Shown: in pieces, positions 12,651 to 26,449 of the stretch
How the letters are laid out: each line of letters starts with the position of its first letter
Position numbering within the stretch: position 1 is the first letter of the stretch
From: Raillietiella orientalis
Taxonomy: Eukaryota
Length of the DNA: 64,000 nucleotides
NCBI GenBank assembly: GCA_036172245.1
Contig: JAYWIR010000032.1
Span: 806,001 to 870,000, forward strand
Reading direction: 5' to 3'
Notes under the pieces: model-generated
What the model was told of the DNA's origin: nothing
Database searches by the model: none
The model's input: only the letters and a program-made list of their open reading frames with translations
Translations under genes and position numbers: made by a program

Positions 12651-14939
12651 ACCGTTTTCCAGATCAGCTCTCGTGGTGGGCTTTCTGTCCATCTTCTTGG
12701 ACAGACCGAGGAAACTTGCTAAGCAAATGCTATCGTGAAGAAAAGTATTTTGCTTGATTCTTGCGAAAATTTGCGCTCGCAGATATTTTATCCTCATGCT
12801 TTTGTTGAGAAACACAGAAGAATTTATGCGCCACGTGAAAGCACGGGAAGGAGATACTGAATAGAATCCAATGATCCGATGTAAATAATCAGCATTCCTG
12901 CATCCGAGAAATTTTTCCTTCTTGGAATCTTCAAATTGAAGGCAAGATGACGAACACGCTCAGGTAACCGAGCCTGCGCCCTGTAATAACTCAATCACTT
13001 ACAGCTTTAAATTAATGAGCGTGATCCAAAACGGAGTCTGGGAGCAGGTTGTTGACGTCACTGATGAATCCCAAGCAAATGTTCTTTCCGAGGACCTGAG
13101 ATTCGAATGATAATGTCTGACGTCTGCTCAGAAACTTCCATTTCAACCCTCTGGAAATAGAATTTCAGTCGGATAAGGCAACTTTCGCGAGCGTAGAAAG
13201 GAAAGAAAGTTTTTGGAAACTCGTGATTTGCAGATTTTTGAGTGAGTTCAGTCAGCAACTTTCTTCCTCTCAAGTCGGTGCAGATGTTTCCAACGGACCT
13301 CACGGTATTCATGGAGTGTATGATTGATGCTCCCGGTTTTTCTCAGTTAGCAACGACTTTCGTTGCCCGTTCGTACTCCGAGAAGCTTCGCTCCGTCCCC
13401 AATCCCAAGGATCAGAATAAGCGAGACAGACGAAAGAATTTCGCTGGAAACACAATCTGCAATCTGTACCACAACGGATTACGCGAGTTCGGCAGGAAAC
13501 TAAAGAGAGCAGCAGTTCTGGGATGCTTTTGAGCTCCTTGACATATGAGTCGCATTCGCTTAGTCTCCTCACGTGCCTGGGTGGCGCATGCCCATGGGCG
13601 GCCGGGCTCGCCAACGTGCAAGAGATCCGGAGACTGCAAGCCAGCAGGCTCCTCCGCAGAAGATCGGAAGGGATTGCAGGCCTTCCCACTATTTCTTCCT
13701 TTCCTTTCATTCTTCCTTTTCGATGCATCCTCGTTACCGTAATTAAAGGTGCTTGCAAATAATGCACCGAAATTGGATGCTTGCTGGAAATGGTCGGTAC
13801 TGGAAATGAGAAAATCTTACGTGTTTTGAGACTAAGAAAATTTTGAATAAAAGCCACAGTATTTAAAAGATGAAATAAAATGAAATAAAAGGGATTTCGT
13901 TAGATCCAACCGAAGTTGGGAATTTACGTAAGCATCCCACTTTGCAAGAAAACGTTTCTTCTTAGCACTTTTAAAAAGCACGTTGAAAAAACAGTGGATA
14001 CTCGTTGAGGAAGCTGTCAACCGGGTCATCGGAAATCTTGGAAGAACACTGTGAATTTTTCAAGGGGGTATTCAGTAAAGTTTCTGTTATCATCGCTTGT
14101 TGAAATGATGTTCTTGATTTCCTTCGTGGTTCCCATAAACGCAAGCTTCCAATCGGAAGATGACTCTTCGGCCACTGCTGTTCACAAAGAATGCTGTAAA
14201 ATCTTGTTTTCTTTCCTTCTGTTCCTCCGATTCGCAATAACAGCTGTTTCTACTGCAGCCTCTTCTAAACCTGATTTCAGGAGAAGCCTTCAAGAATTTC
14301 GTCTCAGAGACGAACTGTCTCTCAAAAAGGAAATGTCTCTGCAAAATAAGCATAGTCGTGTCGGGGGAACGGGGAGGAGGGAGGGATCATTGCATTCTCA
14401 TAAACGCTTTTACCATTTTTCTCGAAAAACTCACGGCGGAGCGTTTCGAAAATCTTCGAAACTGGCCTTCGGCTGTTGAGAAATCACTTGTAGCAGCAAA
14501 TCACTCCGTGCACTGCTTGGCTTTATCTCGAATCATTGGTCTCGATAATGGACGAACTTGCTTCTTTGGTTTCGCCTAATTGATTTCAGCAGCACTTTCC
14601 GCAGATTGGTACGTTTGAATTCGTTTGTTTTGCAACTGTTCGGATTCCTCCATAAATCGCAGAATCCCAACCAAACAACGTCTCCTGGCGGAAAATCGCC
14701 ATCCTTGCGGTGGCATCGAGCTTGGGAAACAAGTCGTTCCAGAGAGCTCTCTTAAAAGCTTTCGTTTGAAATCCAGTGAGTTATGTTTCTTCCCAGTTTG
14801 GCAGTGGAAGAGAGAAAAACGAGGAGGCGGGCTGCGGAGAAGAATGCGCTTTCGTACATCCTGAACTTCCTTTCAGCTATCGATTTAACACCTCGCGTCA
14901 GCCAAGCTGAAACGTAGAGGGGGAGGAGGAAGAAGGGAG

Positions 14940-15300
14940 GACGGAAAGTTGCATCCGGAGTTCCTTAGAGAGGCCACTCGACCTCTCTATGCTTCCGTAT
15001 GGGAATCTGAATCCATCTCGGAAGCAAGATGCTGACGTGTTTCAAGCTATATTTGCTAGAGAGCAAAGAATCGTCGACTCTTCTCTCAGCAAAAAGCTTC
15101 TTTTCGTTGCGGTATGCAGCTAACGCGACCCTTTTCATTTCAGGAACGCAAGTGGACTGCACGTTTCAAGGTGGACCGCGAGCTTTGCTCTTGCGGATTT
15201 GCTTTTGCATAGGGATCCATTAAAGGAGTGAGCTGTGACAGATCTTTGTCAAAGCACTCGCTCACGCCAATTCGCTCGGTCCGCGATCTCTGAGGACCCA
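14940..15300 (+). mobile_element. Possible DIRS-like tyrosine recombinase remnant
   Basis: LHPEFL (~F.PeFl.K), then CFKLYLLESK...ANATLF. Shares gaaagtt.catccggagtt with the 7.35 kb remnant. Confidence 0.3.
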
Positions 15301-15769
15301 GTTACAGCACAGCACAAAAGAACGTGATGAACAAGGCTCTTCCGAGCGAGTGTACTTGAGCTCTAGAAGGAGAGAAAAATTCCCTCATTCTGAAATTCAC
15401 AGGAAAAATTCTGTTTTGCTCCCATAGAAACAGCAGCGTGCCTGTTGAGCAAGATGCACTTCTGGCAAAGACCGACCCACGAACCGTAGACGACCGAAAA
15501 AGGTAATGAAAGAGGTGTATATCCTGCCATAGCGGGTTTCCACGGGCAACAAATTCAGTAGAGCAAGCCCTGGTCGAGGAATCGTGGGTCCATGCTATCA
15601 GTTCAGGTCTTTCACCTTCCTAATTATGCAATGCTTTCGAGGGGTCACGACTAGGACCTTAGAAGAGGATTGGTTCGCTAAGTACCTTGGAGCCGGTCGC
15701 GTGCCTCGCGGCGCACGTGGCTCTTTAAACCCAGTGTTTTGTTTACACGCCTCTCCTCTGAGACAACCC

Positions 15770-16330
15770 CGCAGGGGGGCGTGTAATTCTTCAGTGTAAT
15801 TCTCCAGGATAGGGAGCACCTCGGAATGGCGGTCCGCACTATGAATCCAGGAAGGGCTCGGTGTCCGTTCCTCTCACGCCTCTCACGCACCTCCCACCCT
15901 GGTTGTACCCGAAGGAAATCTCATTCCTCATTCTCTCCAGAGGGAGACCCTCCTAATGGGGAGGGTGGTCCTTTCCATTTTATCTCCTCCGAAGAGAACT
16001 CGGAAAGGATCCGCTAGTACGAATTTTTTTCTCCGGAGGGAACCCGCAAGGGAACTGCTCCTGTTCACTCCTCTGAAGAAAACCCCGAAGGGACGCTTCC
16101 GAAACTCAGAAGGGGCGCTGCAGCTTCCCGCAGGGAATCGCTCTCGCTTGCTTCCTTGTGCACACTCTGTGAAGAGGCGACGACTCGGAGGGACCCCCCA
16201 ACAGGGGGTCCGCTCCTTTAAACAACTGGAGAGGTGCCTGTGAAGGCTCCTGCTCCATCTTGAAACCGGAGGGGTCCCTCCGGTGAGGGCGGTCCGCTCT
16301 CCGTTGCACAAGCGAAGGCGGAACTCCCAG
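15770..16330 (-). repeat. Dispersed repeat family R, copy G (body and tail)
   Basis: Reverse complement matches 62865-63090 and 38250-38500 (cccttcggggtt..cagagg, gttcccttgc.ggttccctccggag, ccttcctggattcat, gaagaattaca). Confidence 0.85.
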
Positions 16331-16849
16331 GATTGTGTGCCACTTACGTGACCTTTCTAGGAAAGAACTCGCTGCTCCTTGTCTAGCAGGGCATTCACTC
16401 CCCTGCTCCTGCTCCCATAGGTACGCATCCTTTTTTTCCAAAAATTTATGCTTTGCTGGAACGGAGGGTGACGTTCTCAGCGTGCCAGCTGCTAGCTGAC
16501 AGGGAAACCGAACTAATACTGAAGCTGAATGTTAAACCGGCCTCATGTACGTGTACAGAATACATAAGGTATTGCTACCTGTTCACTGTTTGACATCTGA
16601 CACAGCTTGAGGAGCACGTCTCCATGGCTGCCGATCTTCTTAAACGAAGGCCAGATGTCGAGGGAAAATCCATTCCGCTGTAGAAATAGTGGCAGGCGTC
16701 ATGGAGACGTGGAAAAAAGATGGAGCCGGAAAAACAAAACACTGCAAACACCTTTAATAAGGATGTTTCGGCAGCATCCGCAAAAATGATCCAGTTTCGA
16801 AAGAGTACAAGGAGACAGCAGCATCTGCTCGATGTGATACGAGGAGGTA

Positions 16850-17950
16850 ACAGAAGGATATAAGGCCAAAAACCTCCCAGATATCAACACAAGGAAATGC
16901 TTAAAAATGAGGCAAAGCGGGACTCGGAAATGTGGACTGCTATGGGAATACCGGCTGATAACCTGGAAGAAGAATAATACGAAGGGAGAAGGGAGGAGCT
17001 ATATATCACATGGCAACCTCTGCATAATCGACAGGAATATAATGCCAAAATTTTCGGGAAGCGCCTGCTTAGAGAAACCTTGGAATGCATGCTTGCAGAA
17101 TAGCACTGGAAGGGGTCCATGCGAAGGACACTGTGGATGTTCCCTAGAAGAGAAGTCCGCTCCTTGATAGTTGGTTTCTACGGTGCAAGTGGATGAAAAG
17201 GAGCAAACATGCTCAGCATCTCAATATGGCCATTCTCTACATGCATTCATCAGGATGTTGTAAGTAGAGGATCCTTGGTTCTTATGATGGAACCAGGATG
17301 GTCTCATTTAGGGAGCTGACCCACCCTGTGCTTTTCTTGTGCAAATGTCTCTTGACTTCTGGATGGTTGTGCAAATCATCGTCCTGATGCCGCCCGCTCT
17401 AGCGCTTGGAATTCCAAGCGTCCTCAGCGATTGTCCCTTACAGGATATCATGATTCCAGGGATCCCACGACGATTGCTTGACTGTTGTCAAGGCTTCCCT
17501 TGGTCGACGATATTTGCTCTTCTCTTCCTGCGTTTCGTTCCCTGATCCCCTTTCGGAGTATTTCATGGATACGCTTCCTTCAAAATGACCACCATGACTT
17601 CCCCCAGGGGTACGAGATCTGGCCTCCACTTGAAATCACTGTCCGGCTGCTGGAGGCCATAAGACCAGGGCTGTTGCGTGACCTTCTTCATTCGACCCTC
17701 AGGGCTCCTCATATCGCTCTGTGATCATAGTCTGGTTGCAGTTGCAGTGGTTGATGGCGCGACGTGAATCACTTGCATGCACTCTGGCGTCATGCCGAGA
17801 GCAGTCATTTAGAACGCCGCTCCGAGCGCTTTCCTAGCGTCAAAGTCCATCTCCACCCCGTCCTTTTTCCCACCTACGCTTTTGAAACTCTGTTCTTTGA
17901 GGCGTGCCTTTTGTCTTCTGAACAAACCTCCGGAAGGGAGCTTCCGGTCT
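16850..17950 (-). mobile_element. Decayed BEL/Pao RT remnant
   Basis: VSSLNETILVP, YNILMNACR, SFAWTPSSAILQACI...YIPVDY resemble SLN..l.GP, iLlrfR, pFG..pSpfiL...YVDD. Confidence 0.45.
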
Positions 17951-19599
17951 CTTCTCGAGGTCGCGGCATTGTCGCGGGAGTCTGCCGCGCGCTTCTTTGT
18001 TGATCTGGAGCAGGCATCCTGGAACATCTTCATCACGTTATTTCTCCTCGGGTCACGAACATCGCAAGGGCGGGTTCTAAGCATTGGTCATCCAAACGTC
18101 CAGTTGGAGCTGCAGAAGTTTCAGGCAGAGCAGTATTTCCCAGTGGAAGATCTACGTGATCGGCGAATGCTTAGAGGAATCGTGCGCCAAATACGTTGGG
18201 GCATCTACTTCCTGGGTCTCATTCGTGGCTGGACCTCCCGCATCACTGAACGCAACTGCGACAATGCGCTTCTTTATACAGTCGAGGGTGCAGACCATTT
18301 TCTCTGAAGGATGCCCGGAGAAAGGTTCCTCTGATTTCGTGTTCCTGCAAAGCTCTCTGGAAGATCGAGTCGCTTCCTTTTGAGACCTTTCCTTCAGAGG
18401 ACAGCTGGATAGGGAGTTCTCCGCCAAGTCCACTGCTCACTTCCCCGCCGATGCGATGGCTCCGTGCTCTTGCCCAAACTCGAAAGGTCCACCTCGGTGC
18501 CCGCAGTCAAGACGCTTCCTTCTCGAACCAGACGAAACACGATCCAGCGCTCCTCCCTGCCCTCCTCGGAAACCGCAGCATTAAGCTGAAGGCCCCTGAA
18601 TCAGGGCGGGCAGAGAGCTCGCAGAGCCTTCCACTTTGAAGCTGTCCACGCTCGAGTTCATGTGAACAAACGAATCCCCTGCGCGGCTAATCGCCGTGCG
18701 CATCTCCGCGCATCTCGAATAATTGACCTTCTCGACCGCTTTTCCGAGGACCTTGTCTTTCCGGTGTCTGCCGCCTTCCTCGGGTTTCAGCCCACGTTGC
18801 CCCAGACCCACCTGCACTCCGTTTAAAGCATCGCTTCCCATCCGTGTCCGAAGAGCGATCTGGCTCCCAAAAAGCCTTATTTATTGTTTGGTTGCTTGAG
18901 AAATGAGCGTCCATTTTCTGTTCCTTTCTTTCCTTTTTTTTTTTTTGTGCTGTTTTGTTTTACTTTATATCCTTTGGTGGCGATCCCCTCAGCGCGCATG
19001 CGCGCACGGGAAAATCGTCCGCTCGCGCAAGTGGATGGCAACGTAAATTACTGTGGGTCGATCTCTTGTGTTTTACCGAGAGCGAAGAGATCTTCACTCG
19101 CGCCAGCCAGCCAGCCAGACGAAGAGAACAAAAGGGGAGGAGGTCTCTCTGCCCGAATGATTCAGGGGCAAAGCGGAGGACTCTGGCGTGCCGGATAATT
19201 ACGAATTTCGGATGGTTCCGACAGAACCACGCGTTCTGCGGACCTTTCGTGATATCTCCAAGAGGAGCACGCTCCTCCGTCTTTCTCCCCTTTTCCGTCC
19301 TCTCTTTCCTTTTTTTGTGCTTCCGAGTTGACCCTCCTTGCCGTCGGGCAGCAGCTTTCTAAACCTTTCCATTTCTCAATCATCCCTGCTTCCGATGATC
19401 CATTAAATTTTCATCTTCGCTTGTCCAAAGGCAGATCGGTCAGCCGCTGCCACGTGTGCGATAGCAGGTTTCTGCCCTATCCGTCTTGAGTGGAGGATGT
19501 CGAGAGGACATCCCACGGCCATCGGGGGAAAACGACAAAAAAAAAAAAAAAAACTCGGAAGATGCGAAGCGATGGAGGAAGAGTCCTTTAGAAAACGGT

Positions 19600-21600
19600 C
19601 TCCAGGATTCCCGAGTGACCTCGAATGAGCCCAGGTGCAAAAGCCAACCTTCCACGCAGCAAGTGGCGGCCCCCCGGGGAAAGAGGCAGGCGTGAACTCC
19701 CCACATCAGCGCCGAGAACGCATCGATGCCGCGCGCAGGCGATAAGCCCCGGCCGGGAATAAAAAGGATGGCAAAAGTGGACAAGGAGAAAGATGGCGGG
19801 AGCAGTCCGCGATCCGGAAAGTAGTGCGATCTTTCGGGATGGTGTTCGCTACAAAGTTCATGCGAGGGAATAAAGAAAATGAAAGTCATTCGACACGTGC
19901 GGAATCTTCAACACCTCTGGCAAGGGTTCTGTGCTCACCTCTAAAAATCCGGAAGACTTCCCGAAAATATCAGACAATTCCCCAGAAGGAAAAGCCTGGA
20001 TGCTCCGATTTCTTAAGGATGCTAAGCTTATAAGAGCCACTGAAACCGGGAATCTGCACTTTCTCTCTAATCAGAGCTGTTTCTGATCTATTTAGAAGCA
20101 GCCCACAGAGAAGTGACGGTATGACCTATCTCTCCCGCCTGCGAGTTCTCTCGAAGGCGTCCTCATGACAACTCTGAGATTCTTAAGGGTACTTCCAGTA
20201 CGGTACTTTCAGTGTACATGCTGGCTGTGCTAGAATTTCCACCGTTTCGTACGACTGGCTTCTTGGTGCCCTCTGCGCATCTCTTCAGAATCTTCGATCC
20301 CCTCGTCGTCGAAAAAAGACTGCCCTCACGGTAGCGGAAACTCCTTTGGTGGCGAAGTGAAGATCATTCATCAGTACTCGTTCCTTTTCTCCTGTCTTCT
20401 CTCTTCCAATACCGTTCATGAGCATCCGTAACCGCAGGCGTAACTCCTGGTGTGGACGGACCAGTCTCCCTCCACCTCCATTGGAACATCCACTAGATCT
20501 GGATTCAGTTTCGGATCTGTTTTAGGGATTGGCTCGTTGGCAAGCACCAACTCCCAGTGTTTTCGGAGTGTTAAGGTGGATCGCCTCTCTGCACGATCCG
20601 GTGTGGTCGCTGACGCATTTGTTGGAAGCGTGACCTAGCGATCTTCCCCAGTCACCACGAGACTACCTAATCTTCGTCTTCCACTCCGAGTTGATTTCCA
20701 TAATCCGGGAGCGACACCGATCGCTCATTGGGTGGTTGCCCCAGACGGTGCGTCCTCGGGGTCTTCATGAAGAAGGCCCCTTGCTGATGAGGTCACTCCA
20801 GGAGGGAAGCAGGTCGGCGTGAACGATGGTGCCTGGACGGAAGCAGCCCTGAAAGTCACGCGCCCGTAAGAAGGACTGCGCCGGCAGCGAAGAACTTCGG
20901 TCGTTGCTGCCGCGAAGTCGGCACAGGATGGAAGGATTCGGATTACCCTTGGTGAGCCTGGTATCAAATTTGAAAGCCGATACCTGAACCTTCTGCTGCC
21001 TCACCAGCCGGAATGCCAGGGATAGTGGCAGGGGATGGTAGAGACCTGGATCGACACGTTGTAAGTACGGCCAAAGGATCTTCGTCCCTTGTGAACTCTC
21101 CATGGCAACCCTTCAGGGGAAGTCTGCAGGATTCGATGCTGTGGTTCCGGATATCCATCGCATTCCTTACCGAAGCATTGTCTGCCCTGAGGACAAACAA
21201 CCACAGTTGCCGACCGGCGAGGTGGAAGTTTGCGTGCACCTTTGCAGGAGTCACCAAACTCTTGGACGGCTGGAGTGCGAGAGAGTTGCTGAGGGGTCGC
21301 CCCACCTCGACTGACCACAGCCTCCACCACAGTTCCTGGAGGACATCAGCAAGAGGTGCGGGATCGATTCGATTGCCCGCACCTGGAACAGTTCGGGGAT
21401 GTCAAGGAGAACGCACATCCCAGCATCTTCCTGCTCCGGAGGCAGGCACACTTGAAGAGACGCGTTGCCTCCAGCTGAGTCGCCGGCACCACGGCACTAC
21501 CCGAAGAGAGCGCTTAAGAGATGGGCGTGAGATACCAGCGGCTCTCTTCCCTGGCTTCCTGCGTCTCTGTAAGGAAGCCAATGATCGCTCATGCTGAACC
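19600..21600 (-). mobile_element. Decayed DIRS-like element (RT through the DAF..W..FPP region)
   Basis: MSDHWLPYRDAG, LFVLRADNASVRNAMDIR (~LFLVPKxDGSxRPVIDL), YHPLPLSLAFR, and downstream GIDAFSALMWGVHACLFP (~DAF..W...YaFPP). Confidence 0.6.
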
Positions 21601-22639
21601 TGAGCGGCGCACCGCGCCTAGCGAGTACCGGCTGCGCTTCGGTAGTGCGAAGTCCAGGAGCAGTTTTTGGAGCGTGCGACCAAAGGAAGGAGGAGGTGGA
21701 GGGGGGAGAGACGGGAGAGCACGAGCCTTGTGCACGAGCGGTGAGCTACTTCACTTGGACGGATTGCACGATATCCGAATCTCTCTCTCTTCGTCTCTCT
21801 CACTAAGACGAGGCTACCTATGAAGTTCCCAGGCCAGGGCATCACGACCTTAGGGCTGAATCCAGAACGCTGCATTCGACGATCATCACACGCAGAATCA
21901 CGCGGTGCGAGAGAGCGTCCGTCTGCGTGGTCGCTGGATGTGTCTTCTCTTTGCTTCCTTGTGAAGTTTGCCGTTTGCCACGCGACTCGCGCAAGCAGGA
22001 ATTCATGCGCAATGCTTCTTGCAGCCAGGCCCATGGAGGACGCCTCCCAGTGGCAGCATCTCCCCTGGAGAGAAGTCCCGGCAGGTCCTCTGGAACGAGG
22101 TGTACGAAACAACGAGCTGCTGCGTCTTGCCCGCCCGTTCGGGAGGTCCAGCAGGCAATCTTCTTTTCCAGCCTATGGAGGTCTCAGGTTTCGACTTGTT
22201 GGGAGATCAGACGACGTGCTCTAGGAACACAGTCGGCGGCGACTGCGGAAGTTCCCTGGAAGGCCTCTCCCCAAATTCATACGCGAAGTCCTTGGCGACG
22301 TTTGTGAGCACGGCCTTCACAACGAAAGACGAGAACTCCTTCTAGGGATATTTGAACGCGATCTTGAAAAGTTTCGTGCAAACTTTGCTCTGCAGCGCAT
22401 GCCTGGAGCTGCTCATCTCAGGAAGGCGGCAAAGTCTCCGAGGCATCTCTCCTCATAGTGGTGATGTGAAGCCATCACGAAGAAAAGCATTTTTTATCTT
22501 GGATATGAGTGTTTTTTTTTGTAAATGGTTTTTTTTTTTTTTTTTACAATAAAACGCCCCAGCGTGACCGTGTGAAAATAAAGGGTGCTTCGAAGGATCC
22601 ATTTCGCGACGCACGATGGCGCTGCTTGGCCTTATAAAG

Positions 22640-22860
22640 GCTTCGGGGTGAGGCACTGATGGATGTCGGATCCGCCGTTGGCTGGCCGGGATTGAAAGTT
22701 GATCCCCCGGGGTCCTTCCAGGAATCAGAGAGCCGGTTTCCGTAATGGTTCTCCTCCAGTTGTGAAGATGGAGCCATCCCTCCCTGAGGAGAGACCCTCC
22801 ATCGCGTTCCGCGTAGCTGGTTGATACCCCCATCAGGGGGTTGCCTCTAAGGAGCCGAGA
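22640..22860 (+). repeat. Dispersed repeat family R, copy F (partial)
   Basis: cggggtgaggcactgatgga...tggccgggattgaaagttga...ccaggaatca...gttgtgaagatggagccat matches copies at 30928, 32265, 38050 and 62711. Confidence 0.8.
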
Positions 22861-23255
22861 GGTTCTTCAGCACTTAGCGAACTACATCCGTCGATGAGGA
22901 TGCCATCGATGGACATTTCTTCCTTTCTTTTTTTCTTCTTCAGATACTGTTATTTTTCAGAGATGTGGTGCTCGTAACAAGGAGCTGTCCTCACTGCAAT
23001 TCAACTGTAGAACTCGTTACTCGAGGCTTCAAGATGTCGAAATCACCGGTCGCTGAGTCCGCAGACGGCAGACGAGGACCGCAACTGTCTTGGAAAGGCG
23101 ATTAATTACCAGAGGAAATGCACATGCACTGTTCTTCTTTCTCTCTTTTTTTTTTTGGCTTTCTTCTTGCATGTTGCACTTAGTCTTTTCTGTCATGCTT
23201 CTGGACAACTTCGATAAAAACTTGGGATTGCCGTCGTGACATCCAATGCAATCGA

Positions 23256-23720
23256 TCATCTGTTGAAAAGCACACGCGGAGTACGTCTTGGAATCGCATC
23301 AGATAAGCAGGTAAAACCCATAGGCCGGAGATAATGGAATCCACACGCTATCCACGATCTTTGTCGAGATAAGCTCGGTCGTAACACGAAGTACCAACAG
23401 GTATAAGGAGGCTCTAAAAGCAACTGGAGGTTTCCGTGGACTTGCAGAGGATCTTTTAAATCTGCGGGCAGAGTCATTCGTTGCGGAAAACGAAACTTTA
23501 CTCTTAGAAGGTCTTGATAAAGTCAGAGGTTCTTCTCTCCAAGCAGATGGATTGATTTGTTCCGAAAAGCTTTTCTTTCTTTCTCCATGGCCGTCACCAA
23601 GGAGGAAAACAAATAGGGCAGCAGGGTGGTCAAATTCCATCAGTCGATAATGAGTCATTGGACGCACTTCCTCAAGAGCTGGAGAAGCAACCAGCTGATC
23701 TGTTTCAGAGCTGAGATCTG
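23256..23720 (-). mobile_element. Reverse transcriptase remnant, probably DIRS-like
   Basis: ADLKDP (~lDLKDAY) and FHYLRPMGFTCLSD (~ylR..Gi..YLDD). Confidence 0.35.
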
Positions 23721-26449
23721 TGAAAGGCGACTCTTCCACGTCTCCACCTGGAGCAGTGTGGGCACGAGCGCTCATCTAATCTTTCCCTTGCTCTTCGAAG
23801 GAGACCCGAGTAAACAACAGTTCTGCACTGCCAGAGCCGGATCTTCGCCACTTTCGGTGGATTTCAAAGTAGGTGGACCTGGATGCCTGTCAAATGAATC
23901 GATCGCCTAGGATACGAAAACGACTCGAAGTGAGCTTCGTGTTTCCTCGACACGTGTTCCCCCGAAAGAGCGCCCAGAAGTAGGCGAGTATGGAATTCAT
24001 CATTCCGGAGACAGGTTGTTTTCGACGTTTTCATGACTGGGGAATTTTGATGCCTCCGGAAACGTGAAGAAAAATCTGATATCTCGCGCTCTTTCGCAGG
24101 TTTCGGGAACGCGGAGCGCGCGTTCCTTGCGCTCGCAAACTTCTCCGACGGAATGTCCGGACCAGAGAATCGTCGGTGTCTTCTTACCCAAGCGTTCCAT
24201 TTCGCTCTGCCGCTAAACATCCGGGCACACACGAGAGAACAAGCAAGCGTGATGCTGTGCGTGAAGGCTTGTTGCCTTTGGGTCTACTGCGTCACGAGAG
24301 CTGCTATTTTTTATTGTGAAGACGAAAAAAGAAAATGCGAGCGAATCAACCATGGAAGACACAGGGGAAATGGCATGATGAAGACATGAAGGCTCTGTTT
24401 TTTACAGCGGGCAAGCATCCATTTTCTCTCGTGTCCAAAGCTGTCTTCGTTCTTAATGGTTCCATTTATTTTCACTGCATGTCATTGCTGTCATCAAACA
24501 ATGAGAAATTCTTCAAACGCTCTCTTGTTGAGCTCTTCAGCATATAGCTGAACGAGGTGCTTGGTCCGTTGAAGGAATCCCAGCGGAAGACACGCTGGCG
24601 ACCCGCCACACACCAAGAAGATCCTTACCATAGAAGACGAGATCAGCCAAAGTGATTCTCGCGGCTAACTGAGGTTGTTGCTACGAGACGCGAATCAAGC
24701 AGTGGCAACGGGAGTCACCGATGCCCAACACTTGCATCTGTTTCGGTGATCCTCACGGGTTTGCTTCTTCGGAAAATGTGAAGCAAGGTCTTAGAAAATA
24801 GAATTACGTGGGAGCGGTCATCAAGCACTGGGGGGGGGGGGGGGAAGTCGTGGGGAGCTGCACGGTCGAGTAACGCACTGGTACACGTTTCGGCACTTTA
24901 GTCAATCCGTTTTGTCTCCTAGCTGCCGTTCCTTACGTGCCCTCTCGATTACGAAATGCGTGGTTACTTAAACGGCCCACTGCCTTAATGGGATTTGCAA
25001 GTTATCAATTCGGAGAAAATATTTTATCCGTGCTCTCTCTGAGATACTGAACTTGTGCGCTCCAAAACATTCCATTGAAACGCTCATGGAGCATTTGAAT
25101 CTTTTAATGGACGATCGAAGAGAAGACAGCTCACACACTCATCCAACCGGATGCTGTGCTACGCAGCCTTCTCTGCATAATCAAGGGAACGTGACCGAGC
25201 TTTTGAAAAGTGCAGACAATCCTTCATTACATGAACGGACGAATTTTTCGTTCCAAAATCCAGCTAACGGATTTCCGAGCACTTGAAAGATTCTCGAAAG
25301 AGAAACTTACAAAAGGGATCATCTGATGAAACCGTCGATGCTTATCCTCTCGGATGAACCTGATGCAGGGCGAGACGATGCCACGATCGTTACTGTGACA
25401 ACAGAGCTGTGATTTCTTTCGTGTTCTGTGGCAGCAGCGCAGATGAAATCATGAAAAACGAGACAGATCAAAAATGATCCTCCAAAGATGGTGATGGATT
25501 AACAAAATGTTACATTATAGCTTCAGAAGATGCGGTTCTCACTTTCACCTACGCACCAAAATGCTGAGCACTCAAGTTGGGAGTATGAAAACTTCCAGTG
25601 TGATGGCAATAGTACTTGGGCTCCCAACATGCAGATAAAAATCTGCACGACGGGAGCCAAAGTACTGCATCATGATCTTGGTTTTCATGTACGTTTGTGC
25701 ACAAGGATCATTCAAGGATTTTTTTTTTTTAATTAGGATAATTTTGAAACGGAGTTTCGTGGATATGATGTAAGCGTACGATTCATGTTGTGATGCTCCA
25801 TTTTAGTACTTCCTGAGATGAGAAAAAGACAAGGAGCTTTGAAAATGTAGTCTGAACGGTGCATCCAATTTCGAGAACATTCCCGGAAGCATCTGGCGTT
25901 GAACGGCGATCTGAGTGAATCTCAGTCTTCTTTGAGATTCCCTTAGATGGCATTTCATTGCAAGCTCTCTTCTAGTGGGGAAACGCATCTTCCCTTCGCA
26001 TCTTCCCATCATCTGCAAGTGCAGGGCGAACTTGAAAGGAAAAGCTGAGCTTCCGGGTTGCTGCGGACCCACGAGTCACCTGGTGCGTGAGCTCTGCAAG
26101 TGGTAGGCACCTAAAGCTACATGGTATCTACAGTGCGTACTGTGTAGCTCCCGTCCCTGTAGCCAATTCTCAGGGAAATACCAGCTAGCGTGCCTATTTG
26201 GAAGCAGAACTGCAGCAGATTTGTAGACATCAGCAGCTGAAGCATTGTGAGCAGTATATTGGAAATGAGCAGTTCTGCAGGAAAAGCTTTTTGCGTGAAC
26301 CTTAGGAGTGTATCAGTTCAAGGCAGATGCTGCACCGTCCCTCTCAGATCTCGAACAGTTTTTTCATAAATCACTGCGTGCGACGAGAAGTGCTTGATGT
26401 TGCGAAACAGGAAAATTTTGGATTCCCAAGGAGTCCCTTAGCAGTTTTC

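Noticed and set aside
24830..24844. Poly-G run (also 54787-54800) as a functional G-quadruplex
   Set aside because: Homopolymer runs are common throughout the window and nothing indicates function.
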